64,000 nucleotides of DNA, from assembly GCA_043228905.1 (NCBI GenBank), contig JBHGNT010000006.1, positions 5,022,001-5,086,000 of the forward strand, in the 5' to 3' direction. The stretch is from Azolla caroliniana (lineage: Eukaryota > Plantae > Polypodiophyta). Each line of letters opens with the position of its first letter. Position 1 is the first letter of the stretch. The notes beneath the pieces are model-generated. The model did no database searches and was not told where the DNA came from. It saw only the letters and a program-made list of their open reading frames with translations. The position numbers were made by a program, and so were the translations under genes. This document shows positions 12,271 through 26,782 of this stretch, one piece after another.

Positions 12271-15200
12271 ACACATCACACCCTATTATCTTTCCTCCTT
12301 TTAGCTCGCAATCCATTCCCACCGTACCTTACGTCATCATCACCTTTCCATCCAACCTTGGTCCAACTACTTTCGACCCGAGGCCCCTGTTTTTACCGAT
12401 GTAATTCTCTCCATTCTACATATGTAGGATGTATGCCTCTGTGTGTGCGCGTGTCTCTAGCTTTCCTTTTTTCGTAGGACATTAGAACTCGTAGCAATAA
12501 CTCGGTGTATAAAGTATGCGGCTACATTCTCATCGCATAGGACGACTGGGGAACGTGATGGAAAGATAGACCATTGTGTGGTTGATAGGGCACCGCTCGA
12601 ACTCGAACACTATCTCTACGATAAGTGTTGCTTGGTCGCCCTTACCACTTGATTCTTCGCCCACGATCGAGTGTCACAAATGCGTAGCAAAAGCGATGAT
12701 TTAGAAGTGTCGAAGAAAACGACTGCCCCGAGATTATCATTGAGTTTGGATTTAATAACATTTGGCACACTATTCCTGAGATATTTTGTCATCTTATGGA
12801 ACACCTTCTTTGTACATAACCTTGAGATCAATTGGCTCACCTAGAAATGGACCAATGCTCGGTAAAGGAAACCCACCCACCCTCCTCCAACCTTAGATTA
12901 TGATCGCAAAACTTTAAATTTTATATATTTCACACCGATATTGAGAGATGAACCTTGCATTCATACAATTGTGAGTGGGTCATCTATGTACATGTTGCTT
13001 TTCAATTCATACACGTGATTAACACAACGTTTGTTGTATGTACATTATAAGCTCTCAAAACCTTTTTCTACTTGTTGCAAGGCAATTTATTAGATCTAAT
13101 TGTTCACGCAAAAAGTGTAGGGAGGCCAAAAGTAGGGGGGTTGAGAACCCATTTCCTCGATCATCACTATTTTGGATTGTGCTATGCACAACACTCATAT
13201 AGAGTTGATCCATTGTAAATCATCACCTTTGAGCTCAAGGTAAAGGCTAAACAAAAGTAAAACAACTTTCCTTAGACATCACTATTTTGCATAGTAATTG
13301 GAAACAATCCTCGTACTTAGTACATCACATAAACAAATGTGTATTTCCTCTCATGTCATTTACCTCCTTATCTATCAAGGAAGATATTATGACACCAACA
13401 ATCCTCCACAAAATTTTAACAAAGATATTGTGACATCAACAATACTCAATAACAATGACAAGTCATATAACATGCATACAATTGTTTTGGTGTCATATGC
13501 CTCCTTTATCATATTTTCAGTGCGACTCTTTTGATGAATGAAACCAACAGTAGTCATTTACTTTGATAGATCATGCATGCATCAAGAAGTTTGTTGGGTC
13601 ATTCATCACCTTTTCTTGATGCACTTATTTCTAAGTTAAAATATGGCCTCATGTTTACATGAGACGTCCAAGTTTACACTTTTCGTTCCATCCCTACATA
13701 GACATCATTATACACTCCTTTGCTTTACTCATGGAGACAGGAGTACTTGTAGTAATGGTTAAAATGGTTAATTTGAATGCCTATCTTGTAATTTCTTAAG
13801 ATTTTATGTTCTTTTCTTTAGAGTGTATTGTTGGCACCTAAACCTAATAACCAAGCCAAGTATCCAATCCTATATCTAATATCTTACATTGTCAACTTTG
13901 TTTTCCATACACTTTGTTTTGGGTAAGAAATTTAGGACACAAATTAGGCAACATAACCTCCACTTTAACTGCCAAAAGTGGCATTCTACACTTTAATTGC
14001 CAAAAGTAGCATTCTATGGGTAGAGTCATGAATATGGACATATTGACATATCAACATATCAACATTATACTAAAATATGAACCTATTAATTGTAGAATAA
14101 GCCAATTCATATTGTACAAGCTTACCTACAAGTTTTGTGGACCAACAAGCCAACATTATTTTAGTTGACAATATAGATTAATTAGGTTAAGACTATGGAA
14201 ACATAAAGTTGTAAGCAAATAATAGCCATTATATGTTCGTCAAGTTTACACAACGTTATGGACTAATGATTTGTTAACGGTATTGGTCTTTCGTTGCAAC
14301 AACAAAATTTTGAATAAAGTTAAAGTGACTACTTAAGTGTATCATGTTCACATAAGCCCTCGGGGAAAATGAGACTCTAAGGCAACTACAAAAATGAAAA
14401 ACTACTTCTCCAACCAAGTCCTTCTGCACCATTGCCAAGGACAAACCTTGTGAAATTTATGTATTTCCTTATTTCACCAATCCAAACATCATATGTGTAT
14501 TCCATGCATGCACTCTTAGTAGTTACATACATATATAATAAGTGTGTCTACATGTGCATACATTACAATACAAGGTTTGGAGTAAAAGTATGGACTTTAT
14601 ATGTTTGCATGGAGACATCCACATGAATTTTCAATCTAATCGCTAGAACATACATGGAAGGTGGTACATCAATGCCTTTATTTATTTCGAATCATCAACA
14701 ATCACACAAAAATAACACGAAATAATGAACTTAGGTGAAGGACATAAACTCTATAGTAACTTTTAGATGGCAAAAGATGTCGTTGTGCAACTTGAAAGGG
14801 GATGCAAATCAATGATTGGGATATTGCTAAATAACATTGAACATAGATAACAACCCTTCCTAGTAATTAGTAGTCATGACAAAAAATATATACATATAAA
14901 AGAAACAAAAGGGTTCACAACATTGTGCTTCCGAGAGTTGGACCTTTCTTACGTGGTTGACTTTATAGTTTTATATCCAAACCCACAAAATTTTCACCTT
15001 CTATTGTTTCATATGGATATATAGAGCAAAACAATGAATTCTGTTAGATATAACATGAATTCTTCATCGAATGTCTTATTTTATTTGAGATTCTCCTTGA
15101 GCATTCTATCTAGTATTGATACAAACTTTTAGGATTGGCCTATCAATATATGATCGTTCTAGAAGAATGTAACTGCATGACAAGGGGGGTAAAGGCCATA

Positions 15201-16447
15201 TCAACCTTTGCACTATTTTTAAGGCACATACCTAAACACACACTTAACTAGGCATACATATGTAGAATGTCCCAAAAGCATGGCATTGGTAGAAGACCCA
15301 TCCCAGAAAATTCTATTTTCAATCTCTACAATTTGGTGCTTAAAGGACATATTACTACATAATGGGGTCACAAGACAAGTATGAATTGTATTAATGACAA
15401 AATGTAAAGTGATGCATTGGATAAGCTAAACAATGTTGAACAGTTAGACATGATGCCCATGCTTTTTGCTTTTTATGGGTCTGCCTTAATCGCAGGAGCT
15501 AATCAACCTTAATGGATCTAATCATTGGGTTTAGAATGTTGGTTCTCCAAACATTAACTATTGTTGAATCACTCGCCACACATTTCAATTTCTTAGGGCA
15601 TGCGGGAAATTGAAACATGTTTGGTAAACTATCTTGTACACAAGATTGGCAACGTCTATTCTAAGAGATCAATTGATCACAGTGCCCCCACAATCATTTA
15701 CAACCCAATTCATAAACACATGGCACATGTGTTACAGTTGTCTTTATTATTTATTACATTAATGTTAGTTTAAAGAAATGATGTCCAAACAAGAACATTC
15801 ATAAGAAATGTGCCAAAATCTAAACTAAACTTTTATCGATGTAAGGACTTGATTGCATGGCTATACATTGTGTTACAACACAAGAATGTTTTAATGAGTC
15901 TTTTTAAGCTGAGCAAAGATGAGAAGGATAAAATTTTGTATGTATTTCTAAATTGAGTTTTTCAGTGATGCAAAAAACAGGTTGTTGCATTAAAATACAT
16001 ATGTTCTAATGGAAAACGTTGTCGTGATCTTGCTGTAGCATTCTTCCTTCTTGATGGTGATTTAAGATCAGATCAGTTGATATGGTAATACATGATTACT
16101 TTTGTTGGATAATAAGGGCAAGATTGAAGCTGAACCAGAGATGATAGTTCTCCTACACATCTTAAACAATATTTGTTCTTGGCAGCGGTGATGAACATTG
16201 AGATTGATGCTAACACTTACTTACCTTTGGTCCTTTCTCGGAAGATCTATACTTGTTGAGATGGAAAATATTATAGACTATTTGTATATTGGCTTTGACC
16301 ACTTTAATTTTAATACCAATGGAGGATATTTTTATGGGAAAAAAAAAACTTCATTGCATGGCAAATGAACCTCAAAGCTTATCACACAAAATTTAACTAC
16401 CCTTGAGAATGGAAGATCATAAACCTCTAAAGATGGGCAATTGTGGC

Positions 16448-16898
16448 TAACAATCGGCAATGGTTCGGTTTGAACGGAACTGAACCGCGAAAGCATAGCT
16501 TAACGGTTTAAAGGTTCGGCTCGGTTTCAACGGTTAGAAACCGCAGTTTAAACGGTTTAAAGGTTATTTTATTTTATTTTATTACAATTTAAAAAAATTG
16601 TTTTTAAATAATCTTTTCATTTTCATTCCTTATTCTCACATCTTAGGAAAATCTTTAAAATTTTAAACATTAAAATAATGAAATATTTTAAATTTGGAAA
16701 TTTGGAAATTTAAAATTTGACCTAAGCTGAAAACCAAAACCAAACCATGAAACCGTGGTTTTACTGGTTATGGCTTAACGGTTTGAAATTTTTTTAATGG
16801 TTCGATTTAATGATTTCATGGTTCGGTTCAGGTTTCAAAATTATTAAATGGTTTTGTTTGGACCCTCTCGAACCGAAACGAACCGTTGTTGATTGTTA
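16448..16898. mobile_element. Non-autonomous hAT-type element (MITE), 451 bp
   Basis: TIRs TAACAATCGGCAATGGTTCG / revcomp TAACAATCAACAACGGTTCG; perfect 8-bp TSD ATTGTGGC (16440-16447, 16899-16906); many subterminal AACCG/CGGTT motifs; AT-rich core. Confidence 0.9.
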
Positions 16899-18000
16899 AT
16901 TGTGGCTTTGGGGAAATCTTCCAACTTTTCTTTTAACTAGATATGTTATATGGATCATCGTTTTTAACACGCCCCCTTATATTCAAAAATCATTGAGATG
17001 TTTGCAGTGGCCAATGTATAATCGTTTTTCAAAATGATATTTGCGTTGGCCATTGAAATATTGTTTCTAATTCTCTAACATATACATATACATATATATA
17101 TTATAGTACAAACTATTGGGATCATTTGTAGCAACAAAATGTCTTCACTTCTTTATTAGTGTCTTCTTAAGGATTATCTTAGTTTGTTCTTCCTTTCCCC
17201 TTTACAGATGTAAAAGGAATGGTCTAGGACATCCCACATCGATTTTGTCCCCCTTTTTTGGCATGTGTTGGTTCCTATTTTAGATCAAAACTATAAGAAA
17301 TACATATGGGAACAATTACATATAACTACGAACAAAGTTATAGAATAACTTATCCAATGCTTATAAATAAAGAGCTTAATTCAACCTAGACACGACACGA
17401 GGTGTTGTGTAAATTTATTATTCCATGTATTATTACAATTTACATCCTAGTGTTTTCATCACCATCCCTTGGATTTTTACGAAAACTTTGTGATTATTCA
17501 AGATGGAAAATAAACAATAAAGTATCGATCTAAAAAAATTTAATTCATGACTCAAATTTTCCATTTGCATCACTTAATAGTCGTGTTCCTAGCTTGAATG
17601 ACTTGAGAGGTCATGGGTATGTATTCAAGCTCATCCTAGTACATATGTAAACACATTTATCATGAGGATAACACTAATGTGCTTAAGCTCTACAATGAAT
17701 TCATCAAGCGGTTACTCTTTGGAAATCCTTAGATGAGAGTAGGTTGCCACAAATCCCCATCCTCGATTCTTTGAAGTGTCAACTAAGGTGTAGCCTGCAT
17801 CTCTTGTGATGGCTCGACCTTCTATCTTGAATATTCTTCTAGATAATGTACCCTTAGGCCTTGTGATTACCTCCAAGTTCCCCTTCCTTGTCGTTTGTCC
17901 TATGAACTCCTTATTCTTGCCATGTAGTAAATATTTTTTATTATCTCGGACTTCCACACTATGAAGCTCATTGAAACCATGGGTCGTAAACTCACGCCTC

Positions 18001-18034
<34 letters not shown>

Positions 18035-20339
18035 TTCTCAATCCTTGTACGAATTTCTCTCACAACCACAATGTGTATTTTTTATTGCAACATTCATTAG
18101 CAAAGTTCTTGAACACCTAGAGTCGTTACTCACTTTCACATGCATTATATTAAAACATAATATTTTTGGTCTCACAGGTCATATTTGACCTCCAAAGACG
18201 ATAATAGAATTTGTCTATCTATCTCTCATTTTACATGAGATTAGTCACAAAATAATTTTATATATTGTTTTTAAATTTATTTTGGTTTATACTTATAGGC
18301 CGCTTTGGTCTTTTAAGAACATTAATATTTCTTTTTTTCTTCTCTTTGTCTCTCATTTTTCATGAGATTAGTGTCTCTCATTAAGCCTTACACTTATCTC
18401 CTTGTACTTGATCATAGTGTATTATGACCATGGTTTGGTTATTTGTGTGCTTTTTACATGTCAACAAATAACTTCAACAGTTAAGCCCCATTGAGGCACT
18501 AATTAGATTCTTAGTTATTATAACTATGTGAAAGAGGGAATGAGAAGGTTTTCTAGGTCATAATGTTCATAGCTTGAGAGTGCTGGACAACCACTCCTGC
18601 CCGATTCATCAATAAAAGGGTAAACGACAATTTGACCCTAACATCAAAACTTGGTAAGGAGATAGAATTCGGATAGAGAGAAAGATGCACAAAGTGCAAT
18701 ACACCCAAAAGTGAAACACGATCTCCCACTACTTGAAATTATGTCTTGTGATCATTATTGCTACAAATTGGATCAATGTTCCCATTTCACTGAGAACTAG
18801 AGATAAGTGTAGCAATAAGAGTGAAACCCACGTCTCTGAATCCCTTGAATCTAGTGCCCCATCCATTGATGGACATCACTCACTTTGACAAAATCTTGTA
18901 TCACATTCTTGCAATGAGCTCTCATGTTGACCCTATCATATTGTGAATGGTACTCAAGAGTTTTATAATGTAGAGCTCTCCACGATACTAAAACTCAAAG
19001 AATTCTACTGCTCAAAGCTCACCACAATAGAGTTCTATCACGTAGGACACTTACAGAACAACACTTGGGAGTGAGGGAACAACAAACAAGATTACTCCAA
19101 GGTTAGTTGTCCCTACTACAAAGGAGGGGAACTCAACCTTGAGCCTCCTTGACACCAAACTACTACCCCAACCTAAGTTCATTGAGCCTAGGTTTCACAT
19201 CCGCCGAGCCCATTTGGTGTCACACATAAACAAATATCCTTAAACTATCCTCCCCCTAAGTTTACAATATAACCATAACACCTTTGCCCCCCTTTTTCCA
19301 TAAGTCATTTGACAAGTCAAATAGCTTTTAATTTTTGTTTTCAAAATATCTTTATCATAGGTTGAGCCAAAATGGAGAGATCTTCGAACTTAGGGAAGCA
19401 CCAACGATGGTGGAAGATAACGCCTTTATTTGTCGATGACAAGGGTTGAGATATTGGTCCATGAAACTAGGGTCAACATTTGCAGATTGATATTGCCAAA
19501 TCTATTGTAATCCCTTTGTAATGTTCTCGTCAAAAGCCTACATGAATAACCCTTGATTGACTTGTAGCATGAGTAAGGGTGACGAGGCTAAAGAAAGTTG
19601 CATTTATTATTTATTGATGAGCTTGTGTGGTTGTATTGTTGGCCAACAACTTCTCCTTGTGTTTCTTGAGTTCTAGCAAGAACAACCCAAGCATCATTGG
19701 TCCTCATATTCCATTACCTTGCATAGTGAGCCAAAGCATTGGACAAAGAGACAATGGTATCTTCCTTTAATTCCTAAAGTTATATTCCTCAAATTTGCAC
19801 CCCTAAACAAAAATTCAAACATACACATACCCAACCACACTTAAACACACTCTATTAAATACAAAAACACATAAACGTTTATCTTATGCAAATTCAAATC
19901 CACACACAAATAAAGAAAAAGAAGAATATTTGTTTACATGCACACTAATACACACATATTTACACACACACACCACATGCACATATACATAAACTTGCAT
20001 GCACATTACAACGAATAAACACACAATATGAAATCAATATAAGCTATTGCACAATCTTATTCACACATATGGCACATGCCCAAAACGTTATATATAATAA
20101 GACATCTACTAGCACATTCTTCACCAACTGCACACATATAGGCACACAAACACACAAATAGGGCTCCCAATAAAGACAAAATCCCACACTTTTTCAGGCA
20201 TGCACACATAGATATTAAAAAATACGTCTACGCTTGCAGATTTGACACATTCATGCACCTATTCGCATACACATTCTCCCAAGGGATTCTAAGTGCACTG
20301 GTACTTACTAGCAAGCAAAATTAGTGAATGCAGGTTTCA

Positions 20340-21800
20340 TGCCAATGTAAATGTTTAACTTGGACAAAAATTTAAAGACATTATCTTCGACCATGTCTTT
20401 TCATGATTCAAGAACCCATTTGTTCCACTCATATTTCACATGCATGCACGGATTTTAGTTAATGTCTATGGCCTACCACTACTTTTGACTCTCTTATTCT
20501 AGTATTATATACACATCAAGGTTGAACAGAATGTCGAGATACTCTTATACCTCCAACTCTATGCAAATAAAGTCGATATGTGGTCTCATGCCAAGCAACC
20601 TTTCCAAGTCTAATCTAGACATCCAAGACCCACTCACAGACCTTCTAGTGCCCAACCCCCATGGTATGCGCCTTAGTTTGGCAACCATGATTTCCACATA
20701 CAACTAGTTGGACACCCACCTATCATCCGTATCAACATTTTCCAAAATGATCAAAAACTAAATAATTTCCTATGTACAACAACATTTCATGCACAATCCG
20801 CCTTGTTCATTACCTCATTCCTATAGGAATATCATGGAAGTACTCTCCTGTGCATCAAGAAGTTCCTCCACTACACATTCTATTGATGTGACTTGGTCAA
20901 TTGTCTTCTAATTCTTTCACTCGCTAAGTAATGCTCATTATTGGTTAGCGAACACTTCTTCATGAATGTGTTCCCAACATCTCACATTCCAATATGATGA
21001 CATCTCAATTTTCTAAAAAATCTACATTTTTCTCCTTTAGTAAGTACACCTACATCATTTTACTATTATTGTGAACAATCGTCTCTGTGAAAAAACAAGA
21101 ATTGCCAAATGTCTTAATGGCAAACCATGGGCCAAAAGAATGTACCACCAAAAAACGGATCCAAGAGACCAATCGATGAAAAGGCAAGAATGTTCCCCAT
21201 AAATAAAAAATTCTGTCCTCCACTACTCTTGATGAGACAATAGAACCATCCCGCTAATTTCTCCAAATTTGAAAGAGATCAAACTATAGAGTGGCTAGAA
21301 TCATCGAGTCAAAATGAGTATCACCATCGAAAATCTAGAAACAACAACTTTTTCAATAAATTGTGGAGTAATCTAAAAACTATACAAAATTTGAGATATC
21401 ACATGATAGTTATATGATTGCAAATAAAGAAAAATATCCATAAGTGTCATACCAAGTGGAATAAATCTCTTACATTCTCCCCCCTCACTCATGGACATAG
21501 TGCATTACCTCAACAAGTTCACTCCACAGATCTTTCTATCTCTCTCTGGCATATATAATGGAGATGCTAAATCTCTAGCTTCCCAAGCTTCCCAACCAGA
21601 GACATGAATATCCCAATTGCCTCAAGTGGTACCATAATAGCCCAAATTGATTTAGTATCTACGCATCTAAGTAGCTCATGGCTCATATCCTACCTTGTGC
21701 ATGTTTCATTTCATCATTGGACAAGAATTGGAAACTTTGAAATATTTGTGAAACATTGAATACCATTATCAATAATATTCTAGATGAATCCTTAAGTTAT
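20340..21800 (-). pseudogene. Possible highly decayed L1-type LINE remnant
   Basis: Only faint motif traces on minus strand (SRLDRF-like near 21280, LDLEK-like near 20610); no ORF. Confidence 0.25.
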
Positions 21801-22004
21801 TGATGACCTCTTAGCAAACCACACTCAAAGTAGCATGGGAGCTATGTGAGTTGTAACCATGGAAGAATATATGGAGCATTCAGTTTGGTATTTTGGTCTT
21901 GCTTTATACACATTAAACAGAACTGTTGATAATTATGCAACAAGGTCTTGCAAAGCATGTGATTAGGTAGCCTATTTATCCAACAATACAACATTTATGG
22001 GAAA

Positions 22005-22641
22005 CGTTAGAAAATTTGAGAATCGATTGGAGAGGTATATAGAGTTACAACCACAGAAATGGATATATGAAAACAAAACTTCTATTAGATATGAGAGTAG
22101 CTCACAATGGTAGTTCACCCATGCGCTCACACCTTGGAGCTTAGATGGGATCTGGACCAACTCACTACAAAATTAGTGGGGACTGATGATCAATCCACCA
22201 CTGTGTAAGAGAGTGGATTATATGCTCTGTTTGGTCTAAGTGTAACATTAAATGTGCATGTCAGTTGATAGTAGTGGAGATATTCCTTTTTTGTCAATTG
22301 ACTTGTCATTTAATATGACCCAACTCCCTAGATACAAGCTAGTGCTAGATAGTACTTATCTTGAAGTCAAAGGCACCTACTTCAAGACTAAGTACATTGT
22401 AACTTGCCCACAAAATATTCTAGTTGACTTGATTAGTCAATCCTATTACCTATTTCACTCTTTCCTAAATCCATTGTGTCCTACACATCTACGGTTTCCT
22501 AGATTAACACCTTATCGACCGATATGGTTGAGTTGCACACTAGCCGCTCCTCATTTGGGGCGCTATCACAAAATGTGCACTCTAAGAGCACATATGGGGA
22601 TAGATTTACAACTTGGGGCTGATCATTGATTATATCTAACA
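22005..22641 (-). repeat. Copia 3' LTR
   Basis: Aligns end to end with 43182-43818; (C/T)GTTAG...CTAACA termini. Confidence 0.95.
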
Positions 22642-25600
22642 CGCCCCCTCAATTGTCAACCCGTTGAGTTCACTTGGAATTGGGCCAACTCCTAGTCGTC
22701 GAAGGTGTTGTTGTAGTTGTTCTGCTCCAAGCGCCTTAGTGAAGATATCCGCAACATTTTCTGATGTCGAACAGTACTCAAGCTCCACAGTCTCATCATT
22801 TATTAGCTCCCACACATAGTGATACTGAATCTCTATGTGTTTAGTACGTGCATGAAATACGGGGTTCTTGGCAATGGCCATGCAAGTTTGATTGTCACAC
22901 CTCAATACTGTTGTTGTCCTTATTGGAACCGCCACATCCATAAGGATTCTTCTTAGCCAAACTACCTCGCATGCCGCTATGCATGTTTCTTTGTATTCTA
23001 CCTCCGTTGAAGATAGTGCCAATGTTGGTTGTTTTTTACTACTCCATGAAACATCTCCAGAGCCTATTGAAAAACAATATCTAGAAACTGATTTTCTGGA
23101 ATCACTATCTCCAGCCTAGTCGGAGTCGCAGTATCCACTAAGTTCGTCAATTGTTGGCTTGTAGAACATTCCGTAATTTAAAGTACTCACAATGTACTTT
23201 AATACACGTAGTGCAGCTTTCCAATGAGTCTCCTTCGGCTTGTTGCTGAATTGACTCACCACACAGACTGCAAAACAAATATCCGACCTAGTGTTGCATA
23301 GGAAAATTAGACTTCCTACTAGTTGTCTATACTTCCTTATGTAAACCATTGGTGAAGAGTCTTCTTGGGATAGCTTGTAGTTTGACTCCATTGGAGTCGA
23401 CTTTGACTTGTTGCCCATCATCCCAAAGGTCTTCAAGATATCTGTTGTGTACTTCCTTTGTGACATGAAGATGCCAACAGAGGTTTGCCAAACCTCAATT
23501 CCAAGGAAGTAGTGTAAAATCCCCAAGTCTGTCATTTCAAACTCAGTTTTCAAACACTCTTGTGTTTGACCAATACACTCTTCATGGTCACCAGTAAGTA
23601 CTAGATCATCCACATAAATGATGATGATGACTTGTTTCTCGTCCTTCATTTTGACATACATACTTGCATCCGAAGCACATTGCTTAAATTCGATTGATTG
23701 TAAGAAGTTGTCTATCCTCTTGTTCCAAGCTCTTGGTGCTTACTTTAGACCATAAAACGCCTTCTTCAGCTTGCAAACTTTGTTTCTGAATTCGGCATCT
23801 CAAACCCTGGTGGTTGTGTCACGGATACCTCCTCCTTGAGATGCCCATTCAGAAAAACCGATTTGACATCCATTTGATAAATCGGTCATCCTCTTGAAGC
23901 AGCCAATGCTATGACCATTCAAAGTGTTGTCATGCGAGCTGTCAGGGAAAATGTTTCTTGTACATCAAACCCTTCAATTTGGGAGTATCCTTGCACTACT
24001 AGCCTAGCCTTAAATTTCTCCAAAGAACCATCAGCTTTATACTTTACTTTCCACACCCACTTGGTGCCTATCAACTTCCTCTTTGTTGGCCTCTCTACCA
24101 ACTCCCACGTGTCATTTTTCATGATGCTATCGTATTCTAATATCATCGCCTCTTTCCACTTCGGGTCGGCCATGGCTTCCTCCACTGAGGTCGGCACACT
24201 CACTGAGCCTATGATGTCCACCATCAGAGCCATGTTGGCAATGTGGTGAGAGGTTCTCCCTTGCTCCTGTATTCTTCTTGATCTTCATAATCCATCAGTT
24301 GAAGTTTCAGGAAACTCAACTTTAGGAGTATGATCATTGAAGAGTTGTTGAGCCCCCTTAGGTATTTTCTTTACATGTGGCATTGGCATAGGTTGAACTA
24401 GCGAACCATTACCATCAGATGGTTCAACTTCCTTTTTCTGGACAATGGGTCGGGATTGGGGGGAATACTTCTTCGGTTGATGAGATAACTTGAGAATCGT
24501 TGTTCTCAGCTAGTTGTGGTCGTTCCTCATCGAACACCACATCACGGCTTGTCAATATCTTTCTTGCTTCTGGATCGTAGAGTCGATAGGCCATTGACTC
24601 TTCACTATATCCGAGAAAGACACACTTCTTGGTTTTAACATCCAACTTCTTTCTGCTCACACCTAGAACATGTGTGTAGCACGTACACCCAAAGGTTTTG
24701 AAGTGCAGCATTGAAGGTTTCTTGTCTGAATAAGCTTCTTGGGGTGTTTTCCCTTGAAGTGCCTTCGTGTAGCTCCTATTGAGGATGTAAACTGTTGTAT
24801 TCACTGCTTCAGCCCAGAATGGGTCGGGTAGCGCTTGTGCCTTCAACATACACCTAGCCATCTCAACAATTGCTTGGTTTCGACATTCAACAACACCATT
24901 TTGTTGTGGGATGTAGGCAGTTGTAAGTTGGCGCTTAATTGCATGCTCTTGCAATACTCATAGAATTCTATTGATAAGAATTCTCCACCTCGATTTGAGC
25001 ATAACTCCTTCACTAACTTTCCAGACTCCTGCTCGACAAACTTATGCCATCTTTTGAAGATTTTAAAAGCTTCAGCCTTCTCCCGAAGGAAGTAAACCCA
25101 TATCTTTCTACTGAAGTCATCAACTACTAGCATATAGTAGAGAGATCCACCCATTGCAAGAGTCACCATTTTTCCAGAGAGGTCGATGTGTATTAGTTGT
25201 AGAGGAGTCTTTGTCCGATTTTGACTCTCTTTTGGAATGATTGATCTTTGATGCTTGCCCATCACAAACATGACTTAAGTCAGATAGGGTTGGCAACCCA
25301 ACTACCATATTCAACTTCTTCATCTCCTTCAACACAACAACATTGAGATGCCCAAATCTCTCATGCCATTGCTTTGTGTTAGTACTTGTGTTGTGGTCAG
25401 TAGAAATTGTAAACACGCTCAGCTCATAGAGATTGTTGCGCCTTACCCCTATTCCTACAACCTTGCTAGCAGAATCTGTTATTTCTGCACTCGACTTCTT
25501 GAATCGAACATCAAGACCCTTGTCGGTCAGTGCAGAAATGGGCAATAGATTCTTCTTGAGATCTGGCACGTACAACACTTGAGAGAGATGCTTTGTCCCG

Positions 25601-26295
25601 CCGGTCATTGCTTTGAGGGAGATGGTTCCGGTTCCTTTGGTTAGACATCGAGCATTGTTCCCGACCACAACATTGATGGGCTCTTGTAGAGGTGTCCAAG
25701 AGTTGTACCAGTCATGATTACTGGTCATATGTCGGGATGCTCCACTAGTGAGAATCCAAGAGTCGTCAACAACTTGAGTGTCAACTGAAGAACACACTTC
25801 TTCAGTTGCGACCCATAACTCAAGCTCATCTACGACATTGTTGGTAGACCCGGGCTCTCTCCAAGAAGTCTTACTAGAACCATTCTTCTCATCCGCCATC
25901 TTCTTCCGACAATCCTTGATTGTGTGACCCTTCTTGTCACAGTAGAAACACGATCCATTGAACTTCTTCTTCTTTGGTATCCTATTCGCATTGTTTGAAT
26001 TGGATGTCCCTTTACCCTTAGTCCTAGAGACAAATTCTGAATCTTCCCTTACTTCTCTTGTCTTCAGTCAAAGCTCCTCTTCAAGCAACATTGCACTTAG
26101 TTCATCAAATTTTAAAGGAGTGGGTCGAACCTGAGTGTTCAATGTTGTCACAATGCCATCATACTTGGAAGGAAGTACTTGAATGCACCGACGAGCCATA
26201 CCCTCTGGAGAGGCAACTACTCTAACAGCTACCAACTAATCTTGAAGATCCTTAATCCTTTTTACAAAGGATTCTACTTTCTCTCCATCAGTGAG
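22636..26295 (-). pseudogene. Copia gag(C-term)-pol with stops and frameshifts
   Basis: Zn knuckle CFYCDKKGHTIKDC, protease WILTSGASRHM, GAG-pre WHERFGHLN, integrase PQQNGVVE, RT YVDD (IIIYVDDLVLTG), RNase H CDNQ...FHARTKHIEIQYH...ADIFTK. Confidence 0.95.
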
Positions 26296-26782
26296 TGTCA
26301 TGAATAGGTGGAATGAGGCTAAGTACTAAGAGAGAGCAAGAGCATAAACAAGATCACAAGATTGTCAAGGACAAGTAGACGAGGCTCAACATTAAGAGAT
26401 AGCAGGAGAGAGAGCATAGACAAGAGAACAAGCAAGAGAGAGGTTAGACAAATAAACAATAATTGTATATGCTTTCGTAACTAGTGTTGTTCACCTTGAT
26501 TGTAATCAAGGTGCACCCCATTATTTATACAAGAATGTGGAGGTATGCATGAAAGCTAGAAGACTTCTAGAGAGTGCATGGAACCTTCTAGAGAGTGCAT
26601 GAAGATGCATTCTCTAGAAGGTTCTTGAAAGTTCTAGTGATCAATCTATAATGAAATAAGTTGAATCTTACACAATACAATAATGCGTAGATGGATGTAG
26701 CTCAATTGGTAAGGTTGCCCAATAAGACCAGAAGGTCATGGGTTCAACTCCTACCATTCCATGTGACATCCTGTCTATGACA
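26296..26782 (-). repeat. Chromovirus 3' LTR (487 bp)
   Basis: TGTCAT...ATGACA termini, PPT GAGGGAGGATAA adjacent; last ~115 bp match 30710-30823. Confidence 0.9.
26691..26761 (+). ncRNA. tRNA-derived Pol III-type cassette (A box + B box) inside chromovirus 3' LTR
   Basis: TAGCTCAATTGG (A box), GGTTCAACTCC (B box/T arm), TGGATG...CATTCCA acceptor-like ends; anticodon arm not canonical. Confidence 0.7.

Noticed and set aside
4095-12477. ORFs with ERERER, SLSLSL, CVCVCV, YVCM tracts
   Set aside because: Translations of microsatellites
14600-19800. Possible decayed TE or gene fragments (e.g. ORF 17712-18041)
   Set aside because: No motif, terminus or TSD could be identified by eye apart from the hAT MITE; needs a tBLASTx/RepeatMasker search
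22252-22629. Duplicated plus-strand ORF (also 43437-43679)
   Set aside because: Lies within the two copia LTRs, lengths differ, no protein motif
26691-26761. Functional tRNA gene
   Set aside because: No canonical anticodon stem-loop and it lies inside an LTR; kept only as a tRNA-derived cassette
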